Positions 28,104-36,938 of a DNA stretch of 64,000 bases are shown here, piece after piece; position 1 is the first letter of the stretch, and each line of letters begins with the position of its first letter. The position numbers and the translations under genes were made by a program. The notes beneath the pieces were generated by a model that saw only the letters and a list, made by a program, of their open reading frames with translations, was not told the DNA's origin and did no database searches. This DNA is from Verrucomicrobiota bacterium. Lineage in GTDB: Bacteria; Verrucomicrobiota; Verrucomicrobiia; Methylacidiphilales; Verrucolacustridaceae. Location: NCBI GenBank assembly GCA_049324635.1, contig JBMONL010000035.1, positions 20,584 to 84,583 on the forward strand. Direction: 5' to 3'.

Positions 28104-28180
28104 TGGTCGGGCTGCCGGGATTTGAACCCGGGATCTCTTCGTCCCGAACGAAGCGCGATACCAAGCTTCGCTACAGCCCG
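28104..28180 (-). tRNA. tRNA-Pro (anticodon CGG), CCA encoded
   Basis: The reverse complement is CGGGCTGTAGCGAAGCTTGGTATCGCGCTTCGTTCGGGACGAAGAGATCCCGGGTTCAAATCCCGGCAGCCCGACCA. It folds with anticodon stem CTTCG/CGAAG and loop TTCGGGA. Confidence 0.9.
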
Positions 28181-28260
28181 TGTTTTGTGGGAGAAAGAGA
28201 ATATCATTTCTTAGACTTGAGAGCAAGTGATCAAATCAAGTTCTGGTGGTTAACTTTTAA

Positions 28261-28944
28261 TTGAGCGTATGGTATAACTCTATTGTGAATTGGAAACGGA
28301 TATTTAGCACACCTAAAAGGCGCGGAACAATTATTCTAATCGCGCTTGTTTTGTGGCTAGCATTTCCTTTTGTTCAAACATATTACGAACTAGAAATGCG
28401 TGAACGATGGATTGAGTCGAAAGAAAAAATAGACAATGTTTCTTTTGTTGATGATGATGGAAATATTAGACTCATTTCGGATGGTGATACTCCGGCGATT
28501 CCTTTTTTTTATGCGGTTGTCACGGATTTGATCTACTTGCCATTTTTAATTTTCTTTTTTTGGTTTTCGCTAAGAAACTATCAAGGAATTACTCCTTTAT
28601 TTATCGGAGATAAATCGCGGTTATGGAGGAGCATCTTGCTGACCATTCTTTTTGGAGGAATTGCTGCTCTATTATTTTATTGGGCAATTTTTAGATTCAT
28701 CATCAATCGAGTGCCGATTTATGGATTATTTTGGCTGGGTTGGACGTATTTATTTTTGTGTCTTCGAGCTGTTCTAATTTCTCGTCCATTTCGCCTGATG
28801 CCCGTTTACATCTGCGTTCTCTTAATGTTTTTGATCGTGTTATATTGTAGCACAGAAGCCAAAAAAGCCGACGAAGAACGTCGCCAATATAGACGCACCC
28901 ACAACGATTTGGGTAATATTCACGACCAACCCATGCAACAATGA
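28261..28944 (+). CDS. Multi-pass membrane protein, unknown family (candidate immunity protein)
   Basis: 227 aa with about 5 hydrophobic helices. It probably uses a non-ATG start (TTG at 28261 or a downstream GTG). It is low in GC and ends 8 nt from the stop of the convergent ColM-like gene. Confidence 0.6.
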   Translation: MSVWYNSIVNWKRIFSTPKRRGTIILIALVLWLAFPFVQTYYELEMRERWIESKEKIDNVSFVDDDGNIRLISDGDTPAIPFFYAVVTDLIYLPFLIFFFWFSLRNYQGITPLFIGDKSRLWRSILLTILFGGIAALLFYWAIFRFIINRVPIYGLFWLGWTYLFLCLRAVLISRPFRLMPVYICVLLMFLIVLYCSTEAKKADEERRQYRRTHNDLGNIHDQPMQQ

Positions 28945-28952
28945 AGTTGATG

Positions 28953-29339
28953 TCATTCGTTCAAATACTGTGCGCCTCGGATTCTGATTTTATAGGTTTT
29001 TGCTTTCGTGGCTTTTCCAATGACTCGCATAGTAGCGGTTGCAGTTTCATCATCAAGATTTCTAAAATTTGATTTTTCATAATCATTTTCATCCGGCATA
29101 GCGGAAATATATCCGTCATATTTCGGTTTCCCGTCGCTATCGAAATATAGAGTTCCCTGCAGGGACAAAACGATATGCCCTAAATAAGTTTTTCTCCATC
29201 CAGATGTATGAATGCCTATATGCGTATTGTTAAAATCAATTTTTTTTGCACTTGGATTCTGCTTAAGAAATTCTTTTACATCTGGAGAATCGGCGATGTC
29301 TCTACCAGATATTTTTACTTCTTTGATATCAATATCCAA
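28953..29339 (-). CDS. Stand-alone colicin M-like (lipid II-targeting bacteriocin) catalytic-domain homologue
   Basis: 128 aa. A hand alignment to the remembered E. coli colicin M C-terminal domain is gapless over ~45 residues: YLGHIVLSLQGTLYFDSDGKPKYDGYISAMPDENDYEKSNFR vs YLGNITLKTEGTLTISANGSWTYNGVVRSYDDKYDFNASTHR. The C-terminal K.Y.I...G is also shared. Confidence 0.5.
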   Translation of the reverse strand: MDIDIKEVKISGRDIADSPDVKEFLKQNPSAKKIDFNNTHIGIHTSGWRKTYLGHIVLSLQGTLYFDSDGKPKYDGYISAMPDENDYEKSNFRNLDDETATATMRVIGKATKAKTYKIRIRGAQYLNE

Positions 29340-29532
29340 TGGAGAACCTGTTCCTTCTATGTAATGTGCATTTGTCTTTACAGGAGCTAAAACATTATCT
29401 CTTAGCGTGTTCTTTTCCTTTTGGGTCTGGTCATTGCAAAAACGATGGGATTTTCGCTACCATTTTTCAAATGACTCGAGTCTTCTTCCTCTCAATGTCA
29501 ATGTGGCGTTCGGCGGGGAATGTAAAGGGTTG

Positions 29533-30405
29533 TTATCTCAAAAAAGCGTCTTTTTTGCCGGAAATAACCTTCAAGGAAGGAGAAGGTTTTACAGGCGTTG
29601 TTTCTTGAGGCTTTATTTTTTCGATGACCTGCTTCGTTCTCAAATAGGCTTTCTCAATTCTGTCTCTTAATCCCCCTTTAATTTCCCTATCTATAGCGAT
29701 TCTTTTGTCAAAAATTTTCACAAGGTCTTTCTTTCCGATAATTTGCATAACATCTTGAACCACTTGTTCAAAACATTCCGGAGATGCCTCTGTAGAAAAA
29801 GTTTCTATAATTGGAGGTAGCATAAATGCGAAATGATAATTTTCATTTTTTTCTCTTTTTGTTTTTTGGTGATCTTTTTCTAATGGTAAAAAAGGCGCAT
29901 TCCAACCTTTGGTTTTAACCAGTTCTCTTAAGCATGCTTTTGTCCAATCGCGCGCAAATTTTTCGTATGTACTTTGTTCTTGAATACCCTCTAGATTCCG
30001 GGCACGTGCCAAAGCGTATTTCACATTATAATGTAGAGGGACTAAACTTTTGTCTGTATGGTAACTGCCAAAAACAAATGCTTCTCCAAACATTATAGGA
30101 GAACCGTGTTGATAATAATCATGCCCTTGAATCATCGCCGACGCCATAACGCCTAAAAACTCGTCGGATGGAATGATTCCTCGAGAGAGACAAAGACCAA
30201 TGACCGACCCCGGAAAATGTTCAGAAACCGGAATTATTTGTTTCCCTGCTTCCAGTTTACAATATCCTTTGCTAATGGCTTCTTTTTGTAATTCGCAATA
30301 TGCCTTTACATTAGCTTGAGTGACCATAGCTAGTATTTGTGCCTCATCAAAGTAAACTCGATTGTTTACATACCTAATGTTCATAAATACAAATGTGCCG
30401 TTCAT
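29533..30405 (-). CDS. Hypothetical protein (290 aa), no recognisable motif
   Basis: A long ORF in the low-GC islet, upstream of and co-directional with the ColM-like gene (193-nt gap). It has a Lys-rich C-terminal third. Confidence 0.55.
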   Translation of the reverse strand: MNGTFVFMNIRYVNNRVYFDEAQILAMVTQANVKAYCELQKEAISKGYCKLEAGKQIIPVSEHFPGSVIGLCLSRGIIPSDEFLGVMASAMIQGHDYYQHGSPIMFGEAFVFGSYHTDKSLVPLHYNVKYALARARNLEGIQEQSTYEKFARDWTKACLRELVKTKGWNAPFLPLEKDHQKTKREKNENYHFAFMLPPIIETFSTEASPECFEQVVQDVMQIIGKKDLVKIFDKRIAIDREIKGGLRDRIEKAYLRTKQVIEKIKPQETTPVKPSPSLKVISGKKDAFLR

Positions 30406-30574
30406 TCAGAAAGGTCAAATTTTGGGTAGCATGGAGGGGCAAAATGGCACATTAGGAATGTGAGGGGTGAGCTTTTTTGGCGCAGGAAGCGTGGAGCGAT
30501 TTTTGTAACCCATTGATTATAAGCGATCAAAAAACATCGTTGAGATGGCACATTGATTGCATAGGAGATTTTAT

Positions 30575-32512
30575 ATGGCAAAAGTTTTAGGCATTGATTT
30601 AGGAACGACGAATTCATGTATGGCTATTATGGAAGGTGGCCGTCCCGTTGTTTTAGAAAACTCTGAGGGCGGGCGCACGACTCCTTCCATTGTTGCGTTC
30701 ACAAAAAACGGCGAGCGGCTCGTGGGGCAGGCGGCGAAGCGTCAGGCGGTGACTAATTCGCGCAATACGGTTTTTTCGGTGAAGCGGCTCATGGGGCGCA
30801 AATTTGCCGAAGTTCAGGAAGAAATTAAGCGTTTGCCTTATGCGGTTGTCGAAGCCAAGAACGGCGACGCGCATGTGCAAGTGGAAATGAATGGCGAGAA
30901 GCAAACATTTTCGCCGGAGGAAATTTCTTCGTTTATTTTGTCGAAATTGCGAGCGGACGCCGAAGCGAAGTTGGGCGAAAAAATCACGCAGGCGGTGATT
31001 ACAGTGCCGGCGTATTTTAACGACAGCCAACGTCATGCGACCAAAGACGCGGGCAGAATCGCAGGACTGGAAGTGTTGCGCATTATTAATGAGCCGACGG
31101 CGGCTTCGCTGGCATATGGTTTGGACAAAAAGAAGGATGAAAAAATCGCCGTGTACGATTTGGGCGGCGGCACGTTTGATATTTCGATTTTGGAAATCGG
31201 CGACGGAGTTTTTGAAGTGCGCGCGACCAATGGCGACACGCATTTGGGCGGCGACGACTGGGATTCGGCGATCATGGAGATGATTATCGGGCAATTTAAG
31301 AGCGATTCCGGGATTGATTTGCACGGACAACCCGACGCGATGCAGAGAATTAAAGAAGAAGCGGAAAAAGCAAAAATCGCGCTGTCTTCGGCGATGGAAT
31401 ACGACATCAATTTGCCGTTTATTACCGCAGATCAGAGCGGACCGAAACATATTCAGTTGAAAATTTCGCGTTCGAAGATGGAGCAAATTTGCGATCAGTT
31501 GTTTCAAAGAACGATTGAGCCGGTCAAAAATTGCATTCGCGACGCGAAGTTGAGCACGGGCGAAATCGACGAACTGGTGCTTGTCGGCGGCATGACCAGA
31601 ATGCCGAAGGTGATTGAAACCGCGCATGGTTTGGTGAATAAAGAACCGCACAAGGGCGTGAATCCGGATGAAGTGGTGGCGGTGGGCGCGGCGATTCAAG
31701 GCGGCGTGCTTAAGGGCGATGTTCAAGATATTCTTTTGCTCGACGTGACGCCGCTCACGCTCGCGATTGAAACCGCGGGCGGCGTGGCGACTCCGATGAT
31801 TCCGCGCAATACAACGATTCCGACGAAAAAAACGCAAATTTTCAGCACGTATTCGGATAATCAACCCGGTGTGGAAATCAAAGCGCTTCAGGGCGAGCGT
31901 CCGCTTTCGCGCGACAATAAACTTTTAGGAAATTTCCATCTCGATGGCATTCCTCCGGCGCCGCGCGGCGTGCCGCAGATTGAAGTGACTTTTGATATTG
32001 ATGCGAATGGAATTTTGCACATTTCGGCGAAAGATTTGGGCACCGGACGCGAACAAAAAATTTCGATTACCGGCTCGAGCGGGCTTTCGAAGGATGAGGT
32101 TGAAAAACTCACCAAGGAAGCGGAGTTGCACGCGGAGGAAGACAAAAAATCGCGCGAAAAAATTGAGATTCGCAATATGGGCGATTCCACGGCGTACGCG
32201 GCGGAAAAAATGCTTCGCGAATACGCTGACAAAGTCAATGACGCGAAGAAAAAAGAAATCGAAAAGGCGATTGAGAAAGTTCGCGAGGAACTCAAAGCCG
32301 ACGACGCCGATAAAATCAAGGCGGCAACGGAAGAATTGAATAAATTGATTCAGGAAGTCTCGACGGAAATGTACCGCGCGGCTTCGGAAAAATCTTCACA
32401 AACAAGTGACGCGGCGCAGAACACAGAGTCCGCCTCCAAACCCACGGAGGAAAAAAAGGATGACGTGATCGACGCCGATTACGAAATGGTTGATAAGGAC
32501 AAGGACAAATAA
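30575..32512 (+). CDS. dnaK: Chaperone DnaK (Hsp70)
   Basis: [17 protein letters not shown]..., DLGGGTFD, and an acidic C-terminal tail. GGAG lies 7 nt upstream of the ATG at 30575. Confidence 0.97.
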   Translation: MAKVLGIDLGTTNSCMAIMEGGRPVVLENSEGGRTTPSIVAFTKNGERLVGQAAKRQAVTNSRNTVFSVKRLMGRKFAEVQEEIKRLPYAVVEAKNGDAHVQVEMNGEKQTFSPEEISSFILSKLRADAEAKLGEKITQAVITVPAYFNDSQRHATKDAGRIAGLEVLRIINEPTAASLAYGLDKKKDEKIAVYDLGGGTFDISILEIGDGVFEVRATNGDTHLGGDDWDSAIMEMIIGQFKSDSGIDLHGQPDAMQRIKEEAEKAKIALSSAMEYDINLPFITADQSGPKHIQLKISRSKMEQICDQLFQRTIEPVKNCIRDAKLSTGEIDELVLVGGMTRMPKVIETAHGLVNKEPHKGVNPDEVVAVGAAIQGGVLKGDVQDILLLDVTPLTLAIETAGGVATPMIPRNTTIPTKKTQIFSTYSDNQPGVEIKALQGERPLSRDNKLLGNFHLDGIPPAPRGVPQIEVTFDIDANGILHISAKDLGTGREQKISITGSSGLSKDEVEKLTKEAELHAEEDKKSREKIEIRNMGDSTAYAAEKMLREYADKVNDAKKKEIEKAIEKVREELKADDADKIKAATEELNKLIQEVSTEMYRAASEKSSQTSDAAQNTESASKPTEEKKDDVIDADYEMVDKDKDK

Positions 32513-32595
32513 AAGTTCGGCAACCAGCGCGCGCTTTTAGCAAGCGAGCGTGTGTCCGTGAACAATATAAACCCCAAATAAGGAGAATATATATT

Positions 32596-32892
32596 ATGGC
32601 AAACCCAGGCATTAAGCCTCTCAACGACCGGGTGCTCGTGCAACCGCTCGAAGAGAAGGAAACCAAAAAAGGCGGCATCATTATACCCGATTCCGCAAAA
32701 GAGAAACCACAGGAAGGCAAAGTGCTCGCCGTCGGCGACGGTCGCGTCGATGAGAGCGGCAAGCGCATAGCGCTTTCCGTGAAAAAAGGCGATCGCGTGC
32801 TCTATAGCAAATATGGCGGCACCGAAATCACCATTGAAGACGAAAAATACATGATCATGCGCGAAGACGACATTCTCGGCGTGATGGAATAA
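32596..32892 (+). CDS. groES: Co-chaperonin GroES
   Basis: 98 aa: [42 protein letters not shown]. Confidence 0.97.
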   Translation: MANPGIKPLNDRVLVQPLEEKETKKGGIIIPDSAKEKPQEGKVLAVGDGRVDESGKRIALSVKKGDRVLYSKYGGTEITIEDEKYMIMREDDILGVME

Positions 32893-32907
32893 AGAAGGAG
32901 AAAAATT

Positions 32908-34539
32908 ATGTCAGCAAAACAACTTTTATTTGATCAGGAAGCCCGTCAGAAAATTCTGATCGGCGTGGAAAAATTGGCTAAGACCGTAAAAGCGACTCTC
33001 GGGCCTGCAGGACGCAACGTCGTTCTCGATAAAAAATTCGGAAGCCCGACGATTACTAAAGACGGCGTGACCGTGGCGAAAGAAATTGAACTGGAAGACC
33101 CGTTTGAAAATATCGGAGCGCAACTCGTTCGCGAAGTCGCCAGCAAAACCAGCGACGTCGCCGGCGACGGCACAACGACCGCGACGGTTCTTGCGGAAGC
33201 CATCTACAAAGAAGGCTTGAAGAACGTCACCGCGGGCGCGAATCCGATGGATTTGAAACGCGGCATCGACAAAGCAGTCGAGGCGATTGTCGAAGAACTC
33301 GGCAAGATCAGCAAAAAAGTCAAAGATAAGGAAGAGATCAAGCAAGTCGCAACCGTTTCCGCCAACTGGGATCACACCATTGGCGAAATCATTGCCGATG
33401 CGCTCGACAAAGTCGGCAAAGACGGCACCGTGACAGTCGAAGAAGCAAAAACCATTGAGACGACACTCGAAGTTGTCGAAGGTATGCAATTCGACAAAGG
33501 CTATATTTCGCCTTACTTCGTGACCAATGCCGAAGACCAAGACGCTATTTTGGAAAACGCGTACATTCTCATCAACGAAAAGAAAATTTCAAATCTGAAA
33601 GACATGCTTCCGTTGTTGGAAAAAGTTGCGAAATCCGGCAAGCCGCTGTTGATCATCGCCGAAGACGTGGAAGGCGAAGCGCTCGCCACGCTGGTGGTGA
33701 ATAAATTGCGCGGCACGCTCCAAGTGTGCGCCGTCAAGGCGCCCGGATTCGGCGATCGCAGAAAAGCGATGCTCGAAGACATTGCCGTCCTCACCGGCGG
33801 TCAGATGCTCAGCGAAGACCTCGGCGTGAAGTTGGAAAATGTCCAACTCGACGACCTCGGCAAAGCCAAACGCATCGTCATCGACAAAGAAAATACGACG
33901 ATTATCGAAGGCGCGGGCAAAAATAGCGACATTCAAGGCAGAATTGCTCAAATCAAAAAGCAAATCGACGATACCACCAGCGATTATGATCGCGAGAAGC
34001 TCCAAGAGCGCCTCGCCAAACTCGCAGGCGGTGTGGCTGTCATCAATGTCGGCGCCGCGACCGAAACCGAATTGAAGGAAAAGAAGGCTCGCGTCGAAGA
34101 CGCTCTGCACGCCACGCGCGCGGCTGTCGAAGAAGGCATCGTCGCCGGAGGCGGCGTCGCTCTGATTCGCGGACAAAAAGCGATTGAGGAATTGAAACTC
34201 AAAGGCGACGAAAAAATCGGCGCTCAGATTGTCTATCGCGCGATCGAAATGCCCTTGCGCACATTGGCGGACAACGCCGGCGTAGAAGGCAGTATCGTTG
34301 TGCAAGATGTAAAATCCAAAAAAGGCGCTGAAGGTTACAACGTAGCCACGGGCGAATACGTCGACTTAATCAAAGCCGGCGTGGTCGATCCCACCAAAGT
34401 CACGCGTAGCGCGCTTCAGAATTCTGCATCCATCGCCGGATTGCTTCTCACCACCGAAGCCATTGTGGCGGAAATTCCCGAAAAGGAAAAATCCGCTCCG
34501 ATGCCTCACGGCGGCGGCATGGGCGGAATGGATTACTAA
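32908..34539 (+). CDS. groEL: Chaperonin GroEL
   Basis: 543 aa with [12 protein letters not shown] and a C-terminal GGMGGM tail. Confidence 0.97.
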   Translation: MSAKQLLFDQEARQKILIGVEKLAKTVKATLGPAGRNVVLDKKFGSPTITKDGVTVAKEIELEDPFENIGAQLVREVASKTSDVAGDGTTTATVLAEAIYKEGLKNVTAGANPMDLKRGIDKAVEAIVEELGKISKKVKDKEEIKQVATVSANWDHTIGEIIADALDKVGKDGTVTVEEAKTIETTLEVVEGMQFDKGYISPYFVTNAEDQDAILENAYILINEKKISNLKDMLPLLEKVAKSGKPLLIIAEDVEGEALATLVVNKLRGTLQVCAVKAPGFGDRRKAMLEDIAVLTGGQMLSEDLGVKLENVQLDDLGKAKRIVIDKENTTIIEGAGKNSDIQGRIAQIKKQIDDTTSDYDREKLQERLAKLAGGVAVINVGAATETELKEKKARVEDALHATRAAVEEGIVAGGGVALIRGQKAIEELKLKGDEKIGAQIVYRAIEMPLRTLADNAGVEGSIVVQDVKSKKGAEGYNVATGEYVDLIKAGVVDPTKVTRSALQNSASIAGLLLTTEAIVAEIPEKEKSAPMPHGGGMGGMDY

Positions 34540-34566
34540 TCCGCGACTCAAAATCGCAAACCAACC

Positions 34567-34598
34567 AAGGGCGGACGCAAGTCCGCCCTTGTTATTAT
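34567..34598 (+). terminator. groESL terminator hairpin
   Basis: AAGGGCGGAC-gcaa-GTCCGCCCTT followed by GTTATTAT. It lies 28 nt after the stop codon. Confidence 0.7.
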
Positions 34599-34649
34599 CC
34601 ACAAAAGTTTCATGAGCAACTACACAAAAATGAAAAGCGAAAGCTAAAA

Positions 34650-35110
34650 TTCCTCTCCCCGCTGCAAGCAGGCGGGGTATCACGGAATTTTTCGCTTCGC
34701 GAATCGCTTTCGCTCTTTCATTGCGAGCCGTCGCGACTTGGTCGCACGGCGTGGCAATCTATCTTTATTCTGTGCATGGCCTTCTTTTGCGCGATTCATC
34801 CCCGATGCAAGCATCGAGGTATTCTCGCGTCACAAGATAAATCGACAAACCTCGCTGTCGTTTCAATGATGGTCGAGCGAAGCGAGGTTATCTACTTCTA
34901 CTTTATCACATCGGTGTCATTGCGAGGAATCTCGCGCTTTGCGCGAATGACGCGGCAACCTTCACGCGATAAATTTTTCGCAACGGTTTGAATTCACGCC
35001 GTTTTTGTGCAAGATTTTTTGTGGAAAAATTAACTCAAAAGATTATTTTAATCCGTGAAGGTTGCTTCGTTGCGCGCTCAACACTCGCGCGCGCCTCGCA
35101 ATGACACGTT
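34650..35110. repeat. Cluster of short dispersed repeats/hairpins (GTGTCATTGCGAGG family and CCCCG.TGCAAGCA..GGGGTAT hairpins)
   Basis: 34914-34967 and 35054-35107 are inverted copies (GTGTCATTGCGAGG-N~30-GCAACCTTCACG). A related copy lies at ~34718-34760. Related hairpins lie at 34656-34680 and 34797-34822. Confidence 0.75.
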
Positions 35111-35232
35111 TTTGATGAAAGTAAAAATAATAGCCTCGCTTACGCTCGATCATTGCCACCACAACATTGAGTTTATTTATGCACAGTTATTCATCAGCTT
35201 GACGTTTTTCTTTCTCTCTTCATAACTCATAG

Positions 35233-35907
35233 ATGATCGAAACGACAAAGAACGCTCTCAAAAACGAAAAGAATATTTCTTCTGATATATCATCCGCTCC
35301 GGTGACGTTGCGGGATAAGTTGCGTTTGTTGCGCGAGGAAAGAATTACGGCGCCGATTGCTTCGGTTTTGGGTTTGTCCGGGCATATTGCGTTGATGGGT
35401 TCTGCGGCGGCGGCGGAATCGCAATCGTTTTTTCGCGGGCTTGCGGCGATATTTTATTTAAGCAGTCATTTCGGAAATCTGCTTCATCCTGCGATTCGGC
35501 GTTGGTTTTCCGAATCCCTCAAAAATCAAAATCATCTCCTTGCAAAAATCATCAACGACTATATCCGGTATCCTTTCAAATATTTCGGGATTCTCGGAGG
35601 CGTGGGAGGAGTGTTGCAGATTATTTCAGGCATTTTGAAAAAACAACCCACCGAAATCGCGATGGCGAGTTGCGCGACGGTGGGGAATTTTGTTTTGGCG
35701 TTTCATTTTTCCAATCCGCAAAACGCCGTTCAACGCTTCATCAACAAGCATTCTTTCAAAGTCACCGGCGTTGTTTTCAATATCGGCTCGCTCTGCGCTA
35801 TCGCCAACGGTTGGATTTACAAAGACCTCTTCATGCTTACCGCCGGCTTCCTCTACACCGCATGCAATATCGTCATCGGTATCACCAAAAGAAAACATGC
35901 CATTTGA
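35233..35907 (+). CDS. Multi-pass membrane protein, unknown family, paralogue 1
   Basis: 224 aa with about 6 hydrophobic segments. The motifs ITAPI(A/S)S, YPFKYF and GIT.RK are shared with the next gene. Confidence 0.7.
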   Translation: MIETTKNALKNEKNISSDISSAPVTLRDKLRLLREERITAPIASVLGLSGHIALMGSAAAAESQSFFRGLAAIFYLSSHFGNLLHPAIRRWFSESLKNQNHLLAKIINDYIRYPFKYFGILGGVGGVLQIISGILKKQPTEIAMASCATVGNFVLAFHFSNPQNAVQRFINKHSFKVTGVVFNIGSLCAIANGWIYKDLFMLTAGFLYTACNIVIGITKRKHAI

Positions 35908-35948
35908 GCCGATTTGACGTTTTTATCCGAACGACACATGGGGAATGG

Positions 35949-36764
35949 ATGGAACAAAGTGGAAATACGGATGCAAATTCTCACGCGCGCGTTGTTTTTA
36001 AAAAATCATGGTCGCGCGCGATAGACGTGCGCTTAAGCAATGGTTTTGAGCGCATTCGCCAAGAAAAATACACCGCGCCGATTTCATCCCTCGTTGGTTT
36101 TGCTGGACATGCCGCGCTTATGTGGTCGGCGACTGATTCTGAAGCAAGTTCACTTTTTCGAGGATTAGGGGCGGGTTTATATATAGGGAGCCAAGCGCTT
36201 AATTTAGGGCATCCTATAGTTTCAAAATTGCATGCGTCTTTTGCTACAAACAACTCTTCAGCAATTCAGAGAGATTCGAGTTATCCTCGACGATACCTGC
36301 GCGAAACGTTTTATGATTACCTTAACTATCCTTTCAAATATTTTGCCAAACTTGGAATAGGGGGTTCTACGTCTATGCTGATGGATGGATTGATCAAGAG
36401 CAATGAAGGAGTCATCACGATGTCATTGGCTGGATTGGTGGGGAACAAAGTTCTGAATATGAAGCAAAGCCCAGTTCAGGAAACGGCTCACTCATTCAAG
36501 AAATATTATCGGCGTGGGCGTAATTTTATCGCAAAGCATCAATTCAAAATTACATGCGGCATGTTTCAAATCGGCGCGATTTCCGGCGCTATCAAAGGTT
36601 ATCTTAGCGGCGATGCCGGCTTGTTTACCGCGTGCGCTTGTTATGCAGTATCCAATACGATGATTGGAATTACCCAAAGAAAAACCATACCCAGTATGGA
36701 TGCTTACAGTGCGTCTGCGACAACGGTGCATCGTAAAAATGAAAAAGAAGTAAGGACGTGTTAA
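35949..36764 (+). CDS. Multi-pass membrane protein, unknown family, paralogue 2
   Basis: 271 aa from MEQSGNTD.... It is collinear with paralogue 1 (YTAPISSLVGFAGHAALMWSA, YPFKYFAKLG, IGITQRK). The 5' part of the track ORF 35502..36764 is an out-of-frame overlap with paralogue 1. Confidence 0.7.
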   Translation: MEQSGNTDANSHARVVFKKSWSRAIDVRLSNGFERIRQEKYTAPISSLVGFAGHAALMWSATDSEASSLFRGLGAGLYIGSQALNLGHPIVSKLHASFATNNSSAIQRDSSYPRRYLRETFYDYLNYPFKYFAKLGIGGSTSMLMDGLIKSNEGVITMSLAGLVGNKVLNMKQSPVQETAHSFKKYYRRGRNFIAKHQFKITCGMFQIGAISGAIKGYLSGDAGLFTACACYAVSNTMIGITQRKTIPSMDAYSASATTVHRKNEKEVRTC

Positions 36765-36938
36765 CACTACCGGAAGGATGTCGACGCTAAAGACCTGAAG
36801 ATGAACGTCTTAGATTGGTGAGCGAAACTGTATATTGCATTTAACTTTATATTTTAAAAAAAATCTTCTTTTTTCTCTTCACGCCACGCGCTGAACGACA
36901 CATGAATAATAAAACAAACAGTAAGATAGGAGAAAAAT

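Noticed and set aside
27586-30556. Classical tRNA-targeted integrative island or prophage remnant.
   Set aside because: There is no integrase, recombinase or phage gene. I found no direct repeat of a tRNA 3' end at the far border, and the islet abuts the 5' end of tRNA-Pro. I kept only the weaker claim of a compositionally foreign islet.
30653-31864. 403-aa ORF antisense to dnaK. Similar long antisense ORFs occur in gatA (7014-7919), groEL (32926-33540, 33589-34305), the RND gene, cusA (264-776) and both NtrC genes.
   Set aside because: Each lies entirely inside a strongly conserved, motif-bearing sense gene. The products are Arg/His/Phe-rich and low in complexity. Stop-poor antisense frames are an expected by-product of GC-rich codon usage. 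There is no independent start or RBS evidence.
32513-32595. CIRCE/HrcA operator or sigma-32 promoter upstream of groES.
   Set aside because: There is no TTAGCACTC-N9-GAGTGCTAA. The CCCCAAAT box has no properly spaced CTTGAAA-like -35 element; the nearest candidate, GTGAACA, is only 8 nt away.
35502-35948. The 5' part of the 420-aa track ORF 35502..36764, which would overlap paralogue 1 in another frame.
   Set aside because: Similarity to paralogue 1 begins only at MEQSGN (35949). The upstream portion is Arg-rich, has no homology pattern, and overlaps a clearly coding frame.
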